This document shows positions 13,298 through 25,019 of a DNA stretch of 64,000 bases, piece after piece. This DNA is from Marsupella aquatica. Taxonomy: Eukaryota > Plantae > Marchantiophyta. Numbering within the stretch: the stretch's first letter is position 1; the number at the start of each line of letters is the position of its first letter. The stretch covers positions 23,086,015 to 23,150,014 of the forward strand of contig OZ316893.1 in assembly GCA_973895155.1 (NCBI GenBank), given 5' to 3'. The notes under the pieces are model-generated. The model did no database searches. It saw only the letters and a list, made by a program, of their open reading frames with translations, and was not told the DNA's origin. A program made the translations under genes and the position numbers.

Positions 13298-15514
13298 CTA
13301 CTCCGAGCAAAATTGGGATCTACAAGGAATGTTCAAAGATTTACACAACGAGATGGCATTTCGTTGCATCCGTTTTTGGGTTTGCAACTTGCGCCTTAGC
13401 ATGCTAATGGCCCCTTTCCTCTTCCCGAACGAATCAGCCGTAGGGAGTCTCTCTCCAATCACATCGGCAAGTTGGAGCGCACGGTTGATACCATCCATCT
13501 GAATAGCTGAGATGTCAGCATTGCTCTCCATCACAGCCTGCAATAGCTGCTCCGGAAGCCCTCCAGAAAAGAACAGGCCTACCTTATCTCCTCTCAGCGA
13601 AGCAATGCTCCATTCCTCATTCAACCTGAGAAGAATAGTCTCGAGCTGTGGATTCAGTCCCAGAAAACCCCCAGCTACTACATACCTTTCGGAATTACAT
13701 GTTCGAGTGGTCCTCAGTCTAACAATCTCAACATTTTTATAAAGTGTGGAGAGAATGAACAGTATGGTTAAAGTGGATGCCGTGTAGCAATCAAAGAGCT
13801 TCAAGACAAACGACCCTCCTTCTGCCTGAAGCATAAGCGCAGAGACCAGCTCACAAAACACAAGATGGAGATGGCTATGTTCTTGGGACGAGAAATCGTC
13901 AGACACATCAAAAGCCCCATCTGCAGTGATGAGGTCCATTCTCTGACCGTCTGTCCGGCCCAGGGTGTCCTCCAAGAAAGCATTTACATTGGCCGGATCA
14001 GTAATATCTCCTGATCCATCCATCCCGAAATTCAAGTGGCCCTGGTAATTCCCGTTCCCAGCCCCCACCTTTTCGTTCAGCCTTGTCATCTCCATCACTG
14101 GTGCTGGAGACCCTCCAGCAGCACATTGTTGGGTCGAAGCAGCTAACGTGAGCCCAAACCACAAGTCATGGTAATGCATCGATGGTGCCTTTCCAAATGA
14201 CCTAAGATTGGGTTCAGCCGAGTTGTCTGCCAAGTTCTCTCCCCTGACTGGTGCTTCCCTCTGACCACGAGGCAAAGGAGCCGTATCTATGTATCTGTCA
14301 AACTCATGAAGTCCATTTACTTCTTCACTACTGGAGTTTGTGCTTGCTCTAGAACAATTATTCAATAACTGGTTAGCTTGGGAACAATCTCCTGACATGG
14401 ACAACTGGTTTTCACCCACTTGAACACCTCTAGACCTTTCACCAGCAACGCCTGGGGACCCTGATCCAGCCTTTGGACTACGTGCATCGCTTCCGTTATT
14501 GAACGCGGTCGATGCATAATATTTTGAGCCGTTATTAGCACTGGAAGTGTTTGAGACGGTCGAACGGCAACTTAAATCTTCATTTCCAGTGTTCGATGTA
14601 ACGATTCCACAAGGAGCTGCAGAAAGATTATTAGACCTACTGGAAATCCGATGAGCTCTGGTTGCATCATCTAAAAATTGTGAGGAATCTCTAGTATGGG
14701 TCTCTTCATCCAAGGTCTCGTCCAAACGGTCCTGTTTAGCTACTTCAGAAATATTAGAACTCCTCGCTCGATATTCCAGGACAGCTTCGATGAAACCGCC
14801 TGGCCCTTCACAGAGATGAGCCGAGAGAAACCTCTGCTGTTTAGAAACAGAGGGCACCAGCTGGAAAGTCTGAATCAGCTCCCACATTTTGAAATACGCT
14901 CTGTTGAGAGGGGAAGTCACTGCCACATAAGAGAGCACCTCAAAAGGGTTGACCATGTGCGATGCCAGAGTCCAAGCGTCCAACCCATGCCGAATCCTCA
15001 GAGCCATGATTCCAAACTTCATCTCCAGAAGCTTCTCAAAACCTTCCACAAAATCCTGCCTGGGCTCTTTCAACCCTTCTGGGCACAATTTCAGCTGATC
15101 CCATCGTCCTGACAGACCACCACCACAATCAGTTGTCTCCACGAATTCCGCAGCATCGTCACAGGGATTAGGATTTATAGTGAACCCACCAACAGCAATA
15201 TTTTTCGAACAACCAAAACGTCCATTCCCATTCCTGAAGACCTCTCCTCCTCCTTTCTCCCCGTCTGCAGCAGCAGCAGCAGCAGCGGGAGGAGGGATCC
15301 GCACTCTGTGAATTTCGGGAGTATAAGGAGCAAGATAGCTTTCAAGCTCGTCAAAGACGCTCAAGATGTGCACCTTGGGGCTGTATGTGGGTTTCCCATT
15401 CTCACGTCCATGATGGTGGCATTCCAAACTGCTGCAGTTGCTGTTGCTGCTCCCGTTGTTGGAGGGGGAGCAGCAGCCCGGACGCCTCTTCTTCCTCTTC
15501 ATTCTCATTCTCAC
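13298..15514 (-). CDS. Cap-specific mRNA nucleoside-2'-O-methyltransferase (RrmJ/FtsJ fold, CMTR-like), single exon, 738 aa
   Basis: Uninterrupted ORF with LNRAYFKMWE, the SAM-binding loop HLCEGPGGFIEA, LITADGAFD, GGSFVLKLFD and CNSERYVV. These give the complete K-D-K-E tetrad of cap 2'-O-MTases. A low-complexity Ser/Asn-rich insertion of about 200 aa follows the SAM loop. Confidence 0.85.
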   Translation of the reverse strand: MRMRMKRKKRRPGCCSPSNNGSSNSNCSSLECHHHGRENGKPTYSPKVHILSVFDELESYLAPYTPEIHRVRIPPPAAAAAAADGEKGGGEVFRNGNGRFGCSKNIAVGGFTINPNPCDDAAEFVETTDCGGGLSGRWDQLKLCPEGLKEPRQDFVEGFEKLLEMKFGIMALRIRHGLDAWTLASHMVNPFEVLSYVAVTSPLNRAYFKMWELIQTFQLVPSVSKQQRFLSAHLCEGPGGFIEAVLEYRARSSNISEVAKQDRLDETLDEETHTRDSSQFLDDATRAHRISSRSNNLSAAPCGIVTSNTGNEDLSCRSTVSNTSSANNGSKYYASTAFNNGSDARSPKAGSGSPGVAGERSRGVQVGENQLSMSGDCSQANQLLNNCSRASTNSSSEEVNGLHEFDRYIDTAPLPRGQREAPVRGENLADNSAEPNLRSFGKAPSMHYHDLWFGLTLAASTQQCAAGGSPAPVMEMTRLNEKVGAGNGNYQGHLNFGMDGSGDITDPANVNAFLEDTLGRTDGQRMDLITADGAFDVSDDFSSQEHSHLHLVFCELVSALMLQAEGGSFVLKLFDCYTASTLTILFILSTLYKNVEIVRLRTTRTCNSERYVVAGGFLGLNPQLETILLRLNEEWSIASLRGDKVGLFFSGGLPEQLLQAVMESNADISAIQMDGINRALQLADVIGERLPTADSFGKRKGAISMLRRKLQTQKRMQRNAISLCKSLNIPCRSQFCSE

Positions 15515-18500
15515 AATCCAATCCCCTCACTGCTGCACCGCTTCTGCTGTGAAATCTGCAGTCTACAAACAAAAGCCTTTCCAAATTGAGGCAGGCACGA
15601 ATGTCATGAGTGATGAGCTCCAACGAGGTTGCCCGCGAATAAATCCTTCTTTGGAATTGAAGTGGAGGTTTCGTCTTCTTCTTTGTGCTCACGTTTGCTG
15701 TTCACAAGAGACTAAATTTTAAACCTCTGCAATTGTGAACGGTGACATAATCACGGGTCATGAGTTGGTGGGGATTCGTGTACAGAATCTCAGCCTTTTC
15801 TTGTGGAGTTTTATGGGTCAAATCACACAATCTCAAATTTGTCTTGTGGTGTTTTATGAGTCAAATCACACGGTCTCCAAAAAACATTTGTGGTGTTTTG
15901 TGGGTTAATTCACACAATCTTTTATTTTTCTTGTTGTCCCTTTTGTTTTCTCTTGTGGTGTTCTATGGTCAAATCAGAACCCTTTTGAGGGTACTGGTTT
16001 TTGAGGGTACTTGGTTTTGTCTTTCCTTGCCAGGTCATGAATCTGAACACTTGGCATTTTTTTATAACCTAGCTCAATACACTATTGTTGTTATGATCGT
16101 GTTGTTTTTTTTTATATAACCTAGCTCAATACATGATAGTTGTTGTGAATATGTTGTCGTTTGTACATCATGCATTGAACACAGAAAATGCCAAAGTGAA
16201 GAAAACAAATGCAGGTGAGGCAAGAAAGTTGTTGAGACACTGAAGTGTCACCAAGGGATGCCAGTAAAGTCGTTGAGACTAAGAAGTGTCTCTGAGGAAA
16301 GGAGTGTCATTGAGGGCATTACAAATGTTGCCATTAATGAAAAACCTAGTCAACAGTGTTGCCCATTGGGTTGGTGATCACTTTTTTTTCTTTTTTCCTT
16401 CCTTTTCCCCTTTCTGCCCTCCTATCCCTCCCTGTCCTGTTGACTGAGGTGGGCAGGCTCTCCTGGCATGCCCATCTCGGTAGGCTCTGCCATGGTACCG
16501 CCCTTTGTGGGCAGGGGTACCACAGTGGATGCATGGAGGGGAGGGATTTGCTTGATGGGACCCCAAATGGAAATGTGTTACTTGATAGGACCCCTGAAAT
16601 GTTGGGTACTTTGAGTGAAGGTAAATCAAAGGTCTGGATCACTCAGGGGTCCTATCAAATAACACATTTCATTTTGGGGTCCCATCAAGCAAATCCCTCC
16701 ATGGAGGGCAAGGCAGAAAAGTTTGGAAAAACTTGAATTCAGCAGAAAGTCACAACTTGGCCCCGCCTTGCCTGGTATTGTAGACAATTGATGAGCCAAA
16801 ATTGGAGGGATTCCTTGTTTATAGTAGTTGATTAAATCATGGTCAAATCACACAATCTCTATTTTATTCTTGGTATGAATTATGGGTCAGCTCAGCCAAT
16901 TACAATTCTTTTCTTGTGGTCTTTTATGGAATAGTATGGCACAGGATAGCTCCAGCTCCCCACAGGTGCTAATTTATGCCCATCATGGGACTCTTGTGCT
17001 GTAGATCGCACAATCTCAATCTTTTCTCTTGTGGGGTTTTGTGGGATGGGATGGGATGGGATTGGACAGGCAACATCGGATGGGACAGGCTATATGGGAT
17101 AGCTCGTTACGATGTCATTTTTTAAGCCCATTATGGCACTCCTTTGACTTCTCCTGCAAATCACAAAATCTCATTATTGTCTTGTGGTGTCTTTATGGAA
17201 CAGTTGGTATGCTCCCCTTTATTGTGTCTCCAGCATTTGGGATGGGGTGTCCCAGTTTGATGTTTTTTTGTTGTTTGGGATGTGACGTGTGATTGACCCT
17301 GTCCGACTCTTGCACCATATAACTAAGATTGCTCCAAGCCATTCACCACAAACACAATGCGAGGGACAATGAAGTCGAGCCCAGACAATCATAGCACCAT
17401 GAAGATTTAGGAATTGAACTCCTTAAAATGGATGAATTACATTCTGGGCTGGTGTACTGTCTTTCGTTTCTAGTCAATCAATCCTTTGAAAAGTGGACAT
17501 TCTCCAGGTTATTCGAGGACCAGGACCACTCTCTGAGGACTCCAGCTGGTGAGGATTCATGAAATCTGCTGGCATTGTTTGCCAATGATCTATTATGGTG
17601 GGAGTGATTAAGAAACCTTGGCATTAAGTTTTCCAGGAGGCCATGAGACCCACACTTGAACTCGTGTCGAACTTCATATGAGGCTTAGCGACAGTCTAGC
17701 TACAGGGACAAAGTAGAGCCGCATTGCTCATCAACAGAGTTACAATTTGGACCTTTCCACGAGTCTATACTCTTTAGTACTTGGGATAAGACTTCTATAA
17801 GTGCCCTTCCTCCCCACCAGTGTCTATCCCGCTCAAGTACTCTAATAATGTGTTTAATCGACCTTGTTCACAGTTGACCACCACAGCAAGAACCAACCAA
17901 AGCTGAGAAAACCGAAGATGTTTCAATTCTGTAGTTCCCTGTCTCCGAACACCTTTGTTGAGGAGAAATCTGAACTCTCCTATTTGGGGACCATGTAACC
18001 CCAACTTTCACTTTATTTGACAATCCCGACCATCCTTTATTCTAACATTCTTCGGATCATGCTTAGGTAACATTCGATGGCAACTGATCATAACAAGAAT
18101 TTGACTTTTGTTCAGTCTGTAATCTACCACATGGCAACTCTTCTTCTCTTGTCCTCCAATGTCACCCTAGTCTTCTCATCTAAGGAGCCTTGTTCCCTGC
18201 CCCACTACATTCTTCGTGGTATCTTCTACACCTCACACCGCAACTCATGTGGTCGATGCCTTTCGTGACTAACTCCGTAGCTTTTTCCACCACTAATTAG
18301 CGCCTTCAATATTAGATATTAACTCGGCTCAAATTGTTGCCTAAAGCACCTCGAGAAAGAGCTCCACAAATACCTTATGATGAACTGATCAAACACTTCA
18401 TCGAAGTGCTCCAGGCGACCATTTGCACAGTACTTCCTCTGGGACAATGTCGATTGTGCAAATCACATCCACTTTCATGTCCGCTGACTGATCATCTTCT

Positions 18501-18955
18501 CTCTCAGTCCCCCTATGGAAGAATCTGGATTACTAAGGATTTTTCAATGAAGGTACATCAATGCAATTTAACGTCCACTTATTTTGCACCTTCTAGTTGC
18601 AGAAGACACGTCCTGGTGACTGCCGAAGAACCTCCGAGTGCTTCCAGCTTGCTCAAAGTTGAGCATGATAGTCGCAAGGGACCTCCAAATTTGAGGGCTG
18701 GACAATCCGTTCACAAGTTTGGTGTTCATGTCACGTAATTTTTTGGCAACGACTCCACCAGACTGTTGCAGTCAAAATGCTTGATCATGAAGTTCTTTAC
18801 CTGAAAGAAGTCCGCCGATCTGTTCCTTCCGAGGGAACCTTGAGAAAGAACTTGGCTATCGAGAATTTCCACCAACCTCTCTCTTCCAAGAGAAACAGCG
18901 TTGACACTGAGATTTCGCCATTCTGGGCTTGTCCGGATTCACATCCCCACCGTAA

Positions 18956-21900
18956 TCACAATATGTTGGCCAGTCCGAGAGGACCTGGATCCACTGGTTT
19001 CGGAAACCCTCCTCCACTTCGATGCCCTTCAAGAGAACGGTTACTCACATTTGTAATAACGCTCATGTTCTTTTGTGCCTTCAGTGCCTTGAGTTGGTCT
19101 CCTCCAGCAGCCAGAAGAAGGTTCTTCATAAGCTGTCTCTGCTCTTTAACACTTGCTGTTTTCTCCAAAGCCTTCTCAAAAGCAGCCAGCACCTCCTGGG
19201 TCACAGAGGGAAGCGACAAAAGCAACTGGCGAGGGGCCTGGGAATGACTTGCGAGTCTAATATAGATTTCCCTGAGAAGCCCAATTAGCTCAGCCTGGGC
19301 CGTTGCATTGGATTCCAACGTCAAACCCCGGACGGCTGCGGGAAACATATTTTGCCCCACTATCTCTTGTAACTCAGGCTCAGTCAAGACTGAAGCCATA
19401 CTCACAACAGCTCCACAGAAAGGAGTGGCTTTGTGCACAGCCTCACTGTCAGTCCATTCCAGTGCCCCAATTCCTATGTGAAAAGCAGAAAGAGCAGCCT
19501 CTTTGTGTTGCATTAAAAAACCCAACATGCTATCAGTTCCAATGATAGGGCTAGACTCGGCTCCAACTGAATGCTCTCCTGGAGGCTGCTGACGAGGGCT
19601 CAAAGCTGGAGAAGCCATGACTGAGAGCAAGTTGCAATACTCTCTGGTAAGGTCCCTCAACAATTTCTCCAAAATGACCTCAGTTTTTATTGCCTTCGAT
19701 GAGCCATCATTGGAGCCTACACTAGTGGCGGTCCAGTGTTTGGGAGGCTTCACCGCTCCTTCCCTCATCAAACTTGCCCAAGACACAGAAAGGACGCTCT
19801 GGCCATGGACGAGAATTGGTGGTAGTATCCGACCAAGCCATGGACCCCACTGTGCACGTGGACATGACTTTACAAAGAAGACTATGACCGAATGTATAAG
19901 CTGGCGGACATGGTGCATTTCCATGTACTCAATGTTTTCAACAAGAGCAGTTGCCAAAGCAGCTGCTCTGCCATCTGCATCATCAAAAAATCCACCACCA
20001 AGCCGAGCAGCAGCGATGCCCAGCATATTGTACGCACTATCTCGGATACCCTTCAACCACGTCCGGATCTCATTTTCTTTGGTCCCCATGCCTCCTGAAT
20101 TGCCCTCCATCTGAGAGGCACCATCGTCTGACGATGAAGCCAAACTGGTTCCAAGCAGGGAGGTTAGCTCAGGTACACCCATGGCCAAGGCTCCACGCAT
20201 CTCTCCAGGCAAGGTTGTCATTATGGATTCAGACCACAGTGCATGAATGCACCGTAGTAACTTCAGGAGTGGGGGCAAAATCCACTTTAAATGGGCAATC
20301 AGTGGAGAGAAGCGTGCCATTGTTGAGGAATCCGTGTCCTCAGCCATTGTCTGTTCACGGACAACATTACTTTTATTTTTCTTGAAATCACCAACCCTTC
20401 TATATGCTCGTTCCAGAAACGTGACGGTATGGAAGACGAGCCATATTTGGTCATGAATCGATCTCCCATCAGTACCTTTGCCAGCAAATATTTGGTTGTT
20501 GCCACTCACTAGATCCACCAGTCCACCGGCACTGGAAAGGTAACGCTGCTGCCACTCAGGTTGCTCCCAGCACTCCCTGAGTGGTGCCAGTAGCCAATCT
20601 AAGACCTGGATTTGTTGGGCAATCCCACCAGCGGAGCCCACAATGAGAAGAGCCTCTCCCAATAAGTTAACTTCACCACGGGACAAATGGCCCTCCGCTT
20701 CCATGGTGGTCATCCGGTTGGCAATGCCCATGGCATGGGGAAGGAAGGCTGAATCTGCTGCTTTGGCAACCCGCAAAAATGACGTGCAAACTTGCAGCCG
20801 TGCCCTAGAGATTCCCTTTGCAAACGTCGTATCTATCACTTGGTCTATCCGAATGACCGGTAGAGATTCCAGTAATGCGAACAGTTTGTCAATGGTTAAT
20901 TGAATAAAAGTAGCTTGAGCATGCTTGAGAAATGACCCCATTGCATCGATGTACTGCCCATGTAACTCCACCAATGCGGGGACTTTCCATGTAACTCTGT
21001 ACAACCTTTCGAATATTCCCTCGAGTAAAACTCCGAGTGCTCTCCGTGAAGAAGCCTCGGCAACTAAAACATTCTCAGGAATTCCATTCATAACGGCCTC
21101 CAGCATAATTTGCAAGCTTTCTAACGTTGATATGGTCTGAGGAGAAGGTTGTGCAAATTCATCTCCGACAAAATTGGCATCAATCTCCTGGGCAACCTTA
21201 GAGAGTGCCAGAGCGGGTTGTAATGTGGACAGGAGCCGAATGAGCTCCAACAGCCGTGAATGATATTGGCTATAGTCGACTGGGGTTGTAAAGTCCTCAT
21301 CCTCAGAAGCAGCTTTGCTTTCGGAATTCTTCACAAGAAGCCGCTGATAAGCCATGTCAATGAGAACAGCACAGTAGTCCGTTGTGATCAGTGAGTAAGC
21401 TATTCCCTTCTTCTCCTTATCAGCCAAATTTGCACCTGACCCATTTGCAGGACTGGCATTAACGACTTGATCAGCCTCTCCCTTTGAGTTATTCACTGTG
21501 GATACTGCATCTCGGAGTAGAGTTAGCCACAATGGCAAGGCCTTCGAGTGTAGAGCATAAATTGGGAGCTGGAGGAATCCCAGCATCTTCCTGATATATA
21601 CATCAACCCTAACTTTATCGTCGGCAACGCACTGGAAATTGTGTGATCCCAGAGCAACCATGGCTTCACAAAGGCATTCTCCATAGTCAACATCTATTCC
21701 ATTCATAATACTAGTTCTATTCCCCATAGCGTCACCCAAGGCAGATGTCCACTGAGCAATGTTCACCAAATATGCCTCCGAAGCTTGGGCAAGGGCATCA
21801 AAGACAGTCATCATGGCCAGTACAAAAAGGTTGCCAGTCTCATCAGCCGGCTTCCGCCTTGCCGCAATCAGCTTCAGCACCTCACATGCACTGAGCCGGA

Positions 21901-22669
21901 ACAGTGGGGCCTGTTGAAGAGCTGAGCACGCCTCGACGAGGCGATATTCCACCATGGCGGTCACAGGAGCCCATTCCGCATATGCAATGACGGCAAGAAG
22001 CGTTGCCGTGACGGCCGCAGCATGCTGGTTGGCGGCATCCTCTTGGTTCTGGGCAGCTAGGGTGATTGTCAACGTGAAGTGCGTCTCAAGCAGCTTGAAC
22101 AAGAATGGCAAAGTCTGTGGGAGAGTCTGTGTCAACCCAAAGAGAAGTTGCCTTCTTCTCTCGCCCTCCAAATCTTCATTGTGGACGGTCACGTCCTCTG
22201 GAAGCCAACGAAGCACCATTGCCACGAGCTCGGCATGTGCAGCACTATTCCCACTGAGGTTGAAAAGACTTGGAAGAATCTCATTCCACATAACCACGCC
22301 TCCCCGTCTTGAGACCTCAGCCACAAGAGCTGCAGCCTGGCTCTTGAGCGCCCACTGCTCATGGCCCTTGCCAATCTCCTCAATCATCATCAACGACATG
22401 CTTGCCATCTGCAAATGCTCCTCGGGGCCTTTGAGCTCTTCCCATCTCAGGCGGATAAGATGCTGCAGCATCTTGAATCCATACAGCCGAATCTCCGACG
22501 GGCATTGCTGCCTGACCAGGGCGTAACCCACCTCGGCAAGGATGTGTACGTCTCCATTTTTTACCGACTCTAGGTATGCGGTTGCAGCCTGGCGTGTCTC
22601 GGCGGACGATCTCCAGTCCAGGGCAACCAGAACCGCCCGCTTGACCTCCTCCACTCGTGCGTCCGCCAT
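18956..22669 (-). CDS. HST: HASTY / exportin-5 (importin-beta family), single exon, 1237 aa
   Basis: Uninterrupted 1237-aa ORF with plant HASTY-type motifs: ALDWRSS..RQAATAYLESVK.GDV, SEIRLYGFKMLQHLIRLRW, WALKSQAAALVAEV.RR.G, LRWLPEDVTVHNEDLEG.RRR, EKLLRDLTRE and a C-terminal KEQRQLMKNLL. Confidence 0.93.
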   Translation of the reverse strand: MADARVEEVKRAVLVALDWRSSAETRQAATAYLESVKNGDVHILAEVGYALVRQQCPSEIRLYGFKMLQHLIRLRWEELKGPEEHLQMASMSLMMIEEIGKGHEQWALKSQAAALVAEVSRRGGVVMWNEILPSLFNLSGNSAAHAELVAMVLRWLPEDVTVHNEDLEGERRRQLLFGLTQTLPQTLPFLFKLLETHFTLTITLAAQNQEDAANQHAAAVTATLLAVIAYAEWAPVTAMVEYRLVEACSALQQAPLFRLSACEVLKLIAARRKPADETGNLFVLAMMTVFDALAQASEAYLVNIAQWTSALGDAMGNRTSIMNGIDVDYGECLCEAMVALGSHNFQCVADDKVRVDVYIRKMLGFLQLPIYALHSKALPLWLTLLRDAVSTVNNSKGEADQVVNASPANGSGANLADKEKKGIAYSLITTDYCAVLIDMAYQRLLVKNSESKAASEDEDFTTPVDYSQYHSRLLELIRLLSTLQPALALSKVAQEIDANFVGDEFAQPSPQTISTLESLQIMLEAVMNGIPENVLVAEASSRRALGVLLEGIFERLYRVTWKVPALVELHGQYIDAMGSFLKHAQATFIQLTIDKLFALLESLPVIRIDQVIDTTFAKGISRARLQVCTSFLRVAKAADSAFLPHAMGIANRMTTMEAEGHLSRGEVNLLGEALLIVGSAGGIAQQIQVLDWLLAPLRECWEQPEWQQRYLSSAGGLVDLVSGNNQIFAGKGTDGRSIHDQIWLVFHTVTFLERAYRRVGDFKKNKSNVVREQTMAEDTDSSTMARFSPLIAHLKWILPPLLKLLRCIHALWSESIMTTLPGEMRGALAMGVPELTSLLGTSLASSSDDGASQMEGNSGGMGTKENEIRTWLKGIRDSAYNMLGIAAARLGGGFFDDADGRAAALATALVENIEYMEMHHVRQLIHSVIVFFVKSCPRAQWGPWLGRILPPILVHGQSVLSVSWASLMREGAVKPPKHWTATSVGSNDGSSKAIKTEVILEKLLRDLTREYCNLLSVMASPALSPRQQPPGEHSVGAESSPIIGTDSMLGFLMQHKEAALSAFHIGIGALEWTDSEAVHKATPFCGAVVSMASVLTEPELQEIVGQNMFPAAVRGLTLESNATAQAELIGLLREIYIRLASHSQAPRQLLLSLPSVTQEVLAAFEKALEKTASVKEQRQLMKNLLLAAGGDQLKALKAQKNMSVITNVSNRSLEGHRSGGGFPKPVDPGPLGLANIL

Positions 22670-23397
22670 CCTGCAGAGCCTCCTCCCTCCTCCTCCACTT
22701 CAGAGCCGCAGCAGGAGGCCATACACATTCGCCACTATGAAGTGAATCAATTCCCCCTCATTGATTCACAAACCTGGGTTCGCCCACAATAGATAACTGC
22801 GAGTTATATGTCTCCTCTTCCTCCTCCTCCTCCTGCTATCAATCCCTCCTTCGCGAGTATTCGAGAAGAGCAAGACGTGAAATTCAATCCCAACTAATTG
22901 GTTTCAGAACGCTGAATTAGGGCACAAAAAAGACAACTTAGGTTTCTCCTCCTCCTCTCCCCAATCCTTCCTTGCAGGTTTTCCAGAAGACCAAAAGACG
23001 AAATCAATCAATCAATCAATCCCCAGTAATGGATTTCAGAATGCTGGAAATAACTGACGTTTCGGTCGCTCCTCCTTCTCCTCTACCTCTACCTCCTCCT
23101 ACTGCTGCTGCTGCTGCCAACAAGTTTTCGAGAAGAGCAAGAGGGTGTGAAATCACTCAATCCCCACTCACTAATTGATTTCAGATTCGTCCACTCTCTG
23201 CTGCTGTTCCTGTCAATCCTTTCTTGTGGCGATTGCGAGACGAGCGAGAGGCGAAATCGACCAAGAATCCAAACCGAAAGCGAAACCACTTCAATGGTGA
23301 AAAACGAAGACCCGTGAAATCAAGACTTGCAGGCGAGCGCAGAGGAGCAGTTTGTTCGATGATGAGTACTATGAATTTGGGTACGATTTGTGGAAAA

Positions 23398-24040
23398 TGG
23401 AGGTGGCAGTTTTCATTTATGGGGATGGCTCCTAAACCCGTACATTACAAGGGACCCAGAAAAGGTCAGGAGGGTTTGCTGGTCCTAATAAATCGCTTTT
23501 TGAGGGCTGGTCCTAATTCCCTTTTTGAGGGCTGATATAATTACATGTTAACTTGTAGGACAAGCCATACCCCTGATGTTAAACCACCACTATCTATAGT
23601 ACACCCCTCTCCACGATTAGTGTTAGAGCTGCCTTGCATGTAGTTGGCCCTAAAAAGTTACGCCATTAAAACGTTTTCAATTCCCAGGATAATTATAGCC
23701 TTGATTGCAGGACCACACTAATGGAGGTGGAGTTTTGATATTCATGGATCCAAAAACCCTTACATGGCAAGGGACCCACAGAGGGGTCAGGAGAGTTGTT
23801 GCCGGTCCTAAAATGCTTTTTGAGGGCTTATCCTAAATTACTTTTTGAGGGCTGATCTAATTATGAGTTAACTTGTAGGCTAAGCAATAGCTTTGAGACT
23901 AAACCACCGCTATCTACACCCCTTATCTACATCCTCACCACTGTTAGTGTTAGAGCTATCTTGCATGTAGTTGGCCCTAAAAAGTTTGGCCCTAGAGACT
24001 TATTCAATTTCCAGGGTAAAGGCTTCAGTGTAGGACCACA
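23398..24040. repeat. Direct tandem duplication, two diverged units of about 320 bp
   Basis: Both 23398-23720 and 23721-24040 read tggaggtgg...caagggaccc...ggtcaggag...tttttgagggct...ttaacttgtagg...aaaccacc.ctatcta...ttagtgttagagct..cttgcatgtagttggccctaaaaagtt...aggaccaca. Confidence 0.85.
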
Positions 24041-25019
24041 AGATAGTTTTGTCTTCATTTTTCAAAGCTTGGGACCCGGTCAAGACTACAAGGGCCAGAA
24101 TGTTTGTAGACTTTGATCCTGGCAGATGAGGTGGTTCAGGCATGTTTTCGCATTAAACCACCTTTGGCTATATAAAAAGATAAGTGTCCAAGATCTCTCT
24201 CTTTTTCACATTCCTCTTCTCTAGGGTGAAACTTGGCTCCACAATTTCAGGAAAAAGGTACGAATAATGGTGAAACATGATGGATCCAGGTTTTGTCATG
24301 GACAGTGCACTTTAAGTAATAACTTGCCAAAACGTCAATTTAAGGCAACAAAATTGAAGTGCCACATGCATGCAAGATAGCTAGTAGCGTCTAACTAGCC
24401 TGAGCATTTGTTATTGGAACATAAATAGAGGTTAGAACAATCAAGTTGGTTGTGCCATTTTCAAAGACTCACTATTTAGGCAATCCTTGTTTTCACTGAC
24501 ACTGCCAACTTCAATTACCCCTCCTAGAGTAGAGGCTTCACTCTAGATGGTAGGCCCTCAAGAGTAGCTTTTGCTGAAATTCTATGGTTAGATTAGTGTG
24601 AGTGTGCTTGAATCTAGTTAATGTGTCTGAAATTAATGTTGCTAACAATAAGAGGGAAATGGTATTTATGACACTGATTCATGCATGCTAGGGCCAAGTA
24701 TTTTCAGGAGCCTTGGGCACCCACCTTCTTTCCATTGGGTATAGTCTCGCCATTCTCATAACCCATGCTACATTGGCAAGGAGGTTATGGGTTATGATGA
24801 CAATTACATAGTGTAATGTGCCGCAATTGAATACTTTTTTGAACATGTTTTATGCAATAATTTATCCCCTCATTGGACCCCACATTAACCACTTCCAAAG
24901 GCCCCACTGACGTAATCACCGTCTACTTTCAGACGGTAATTGATACCCTCAAGAACCTCCTCAGATGCACCATAAAAGGGTGAATCTTCAAGAAACCTTT
25001 GAGGGGTAAACTTCGGAGA

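Noticed and set aside
19022-22745. Many + strand ORFs of 60-190 aa
   Set aside because: Antisense shadows of the HASTY CDS.
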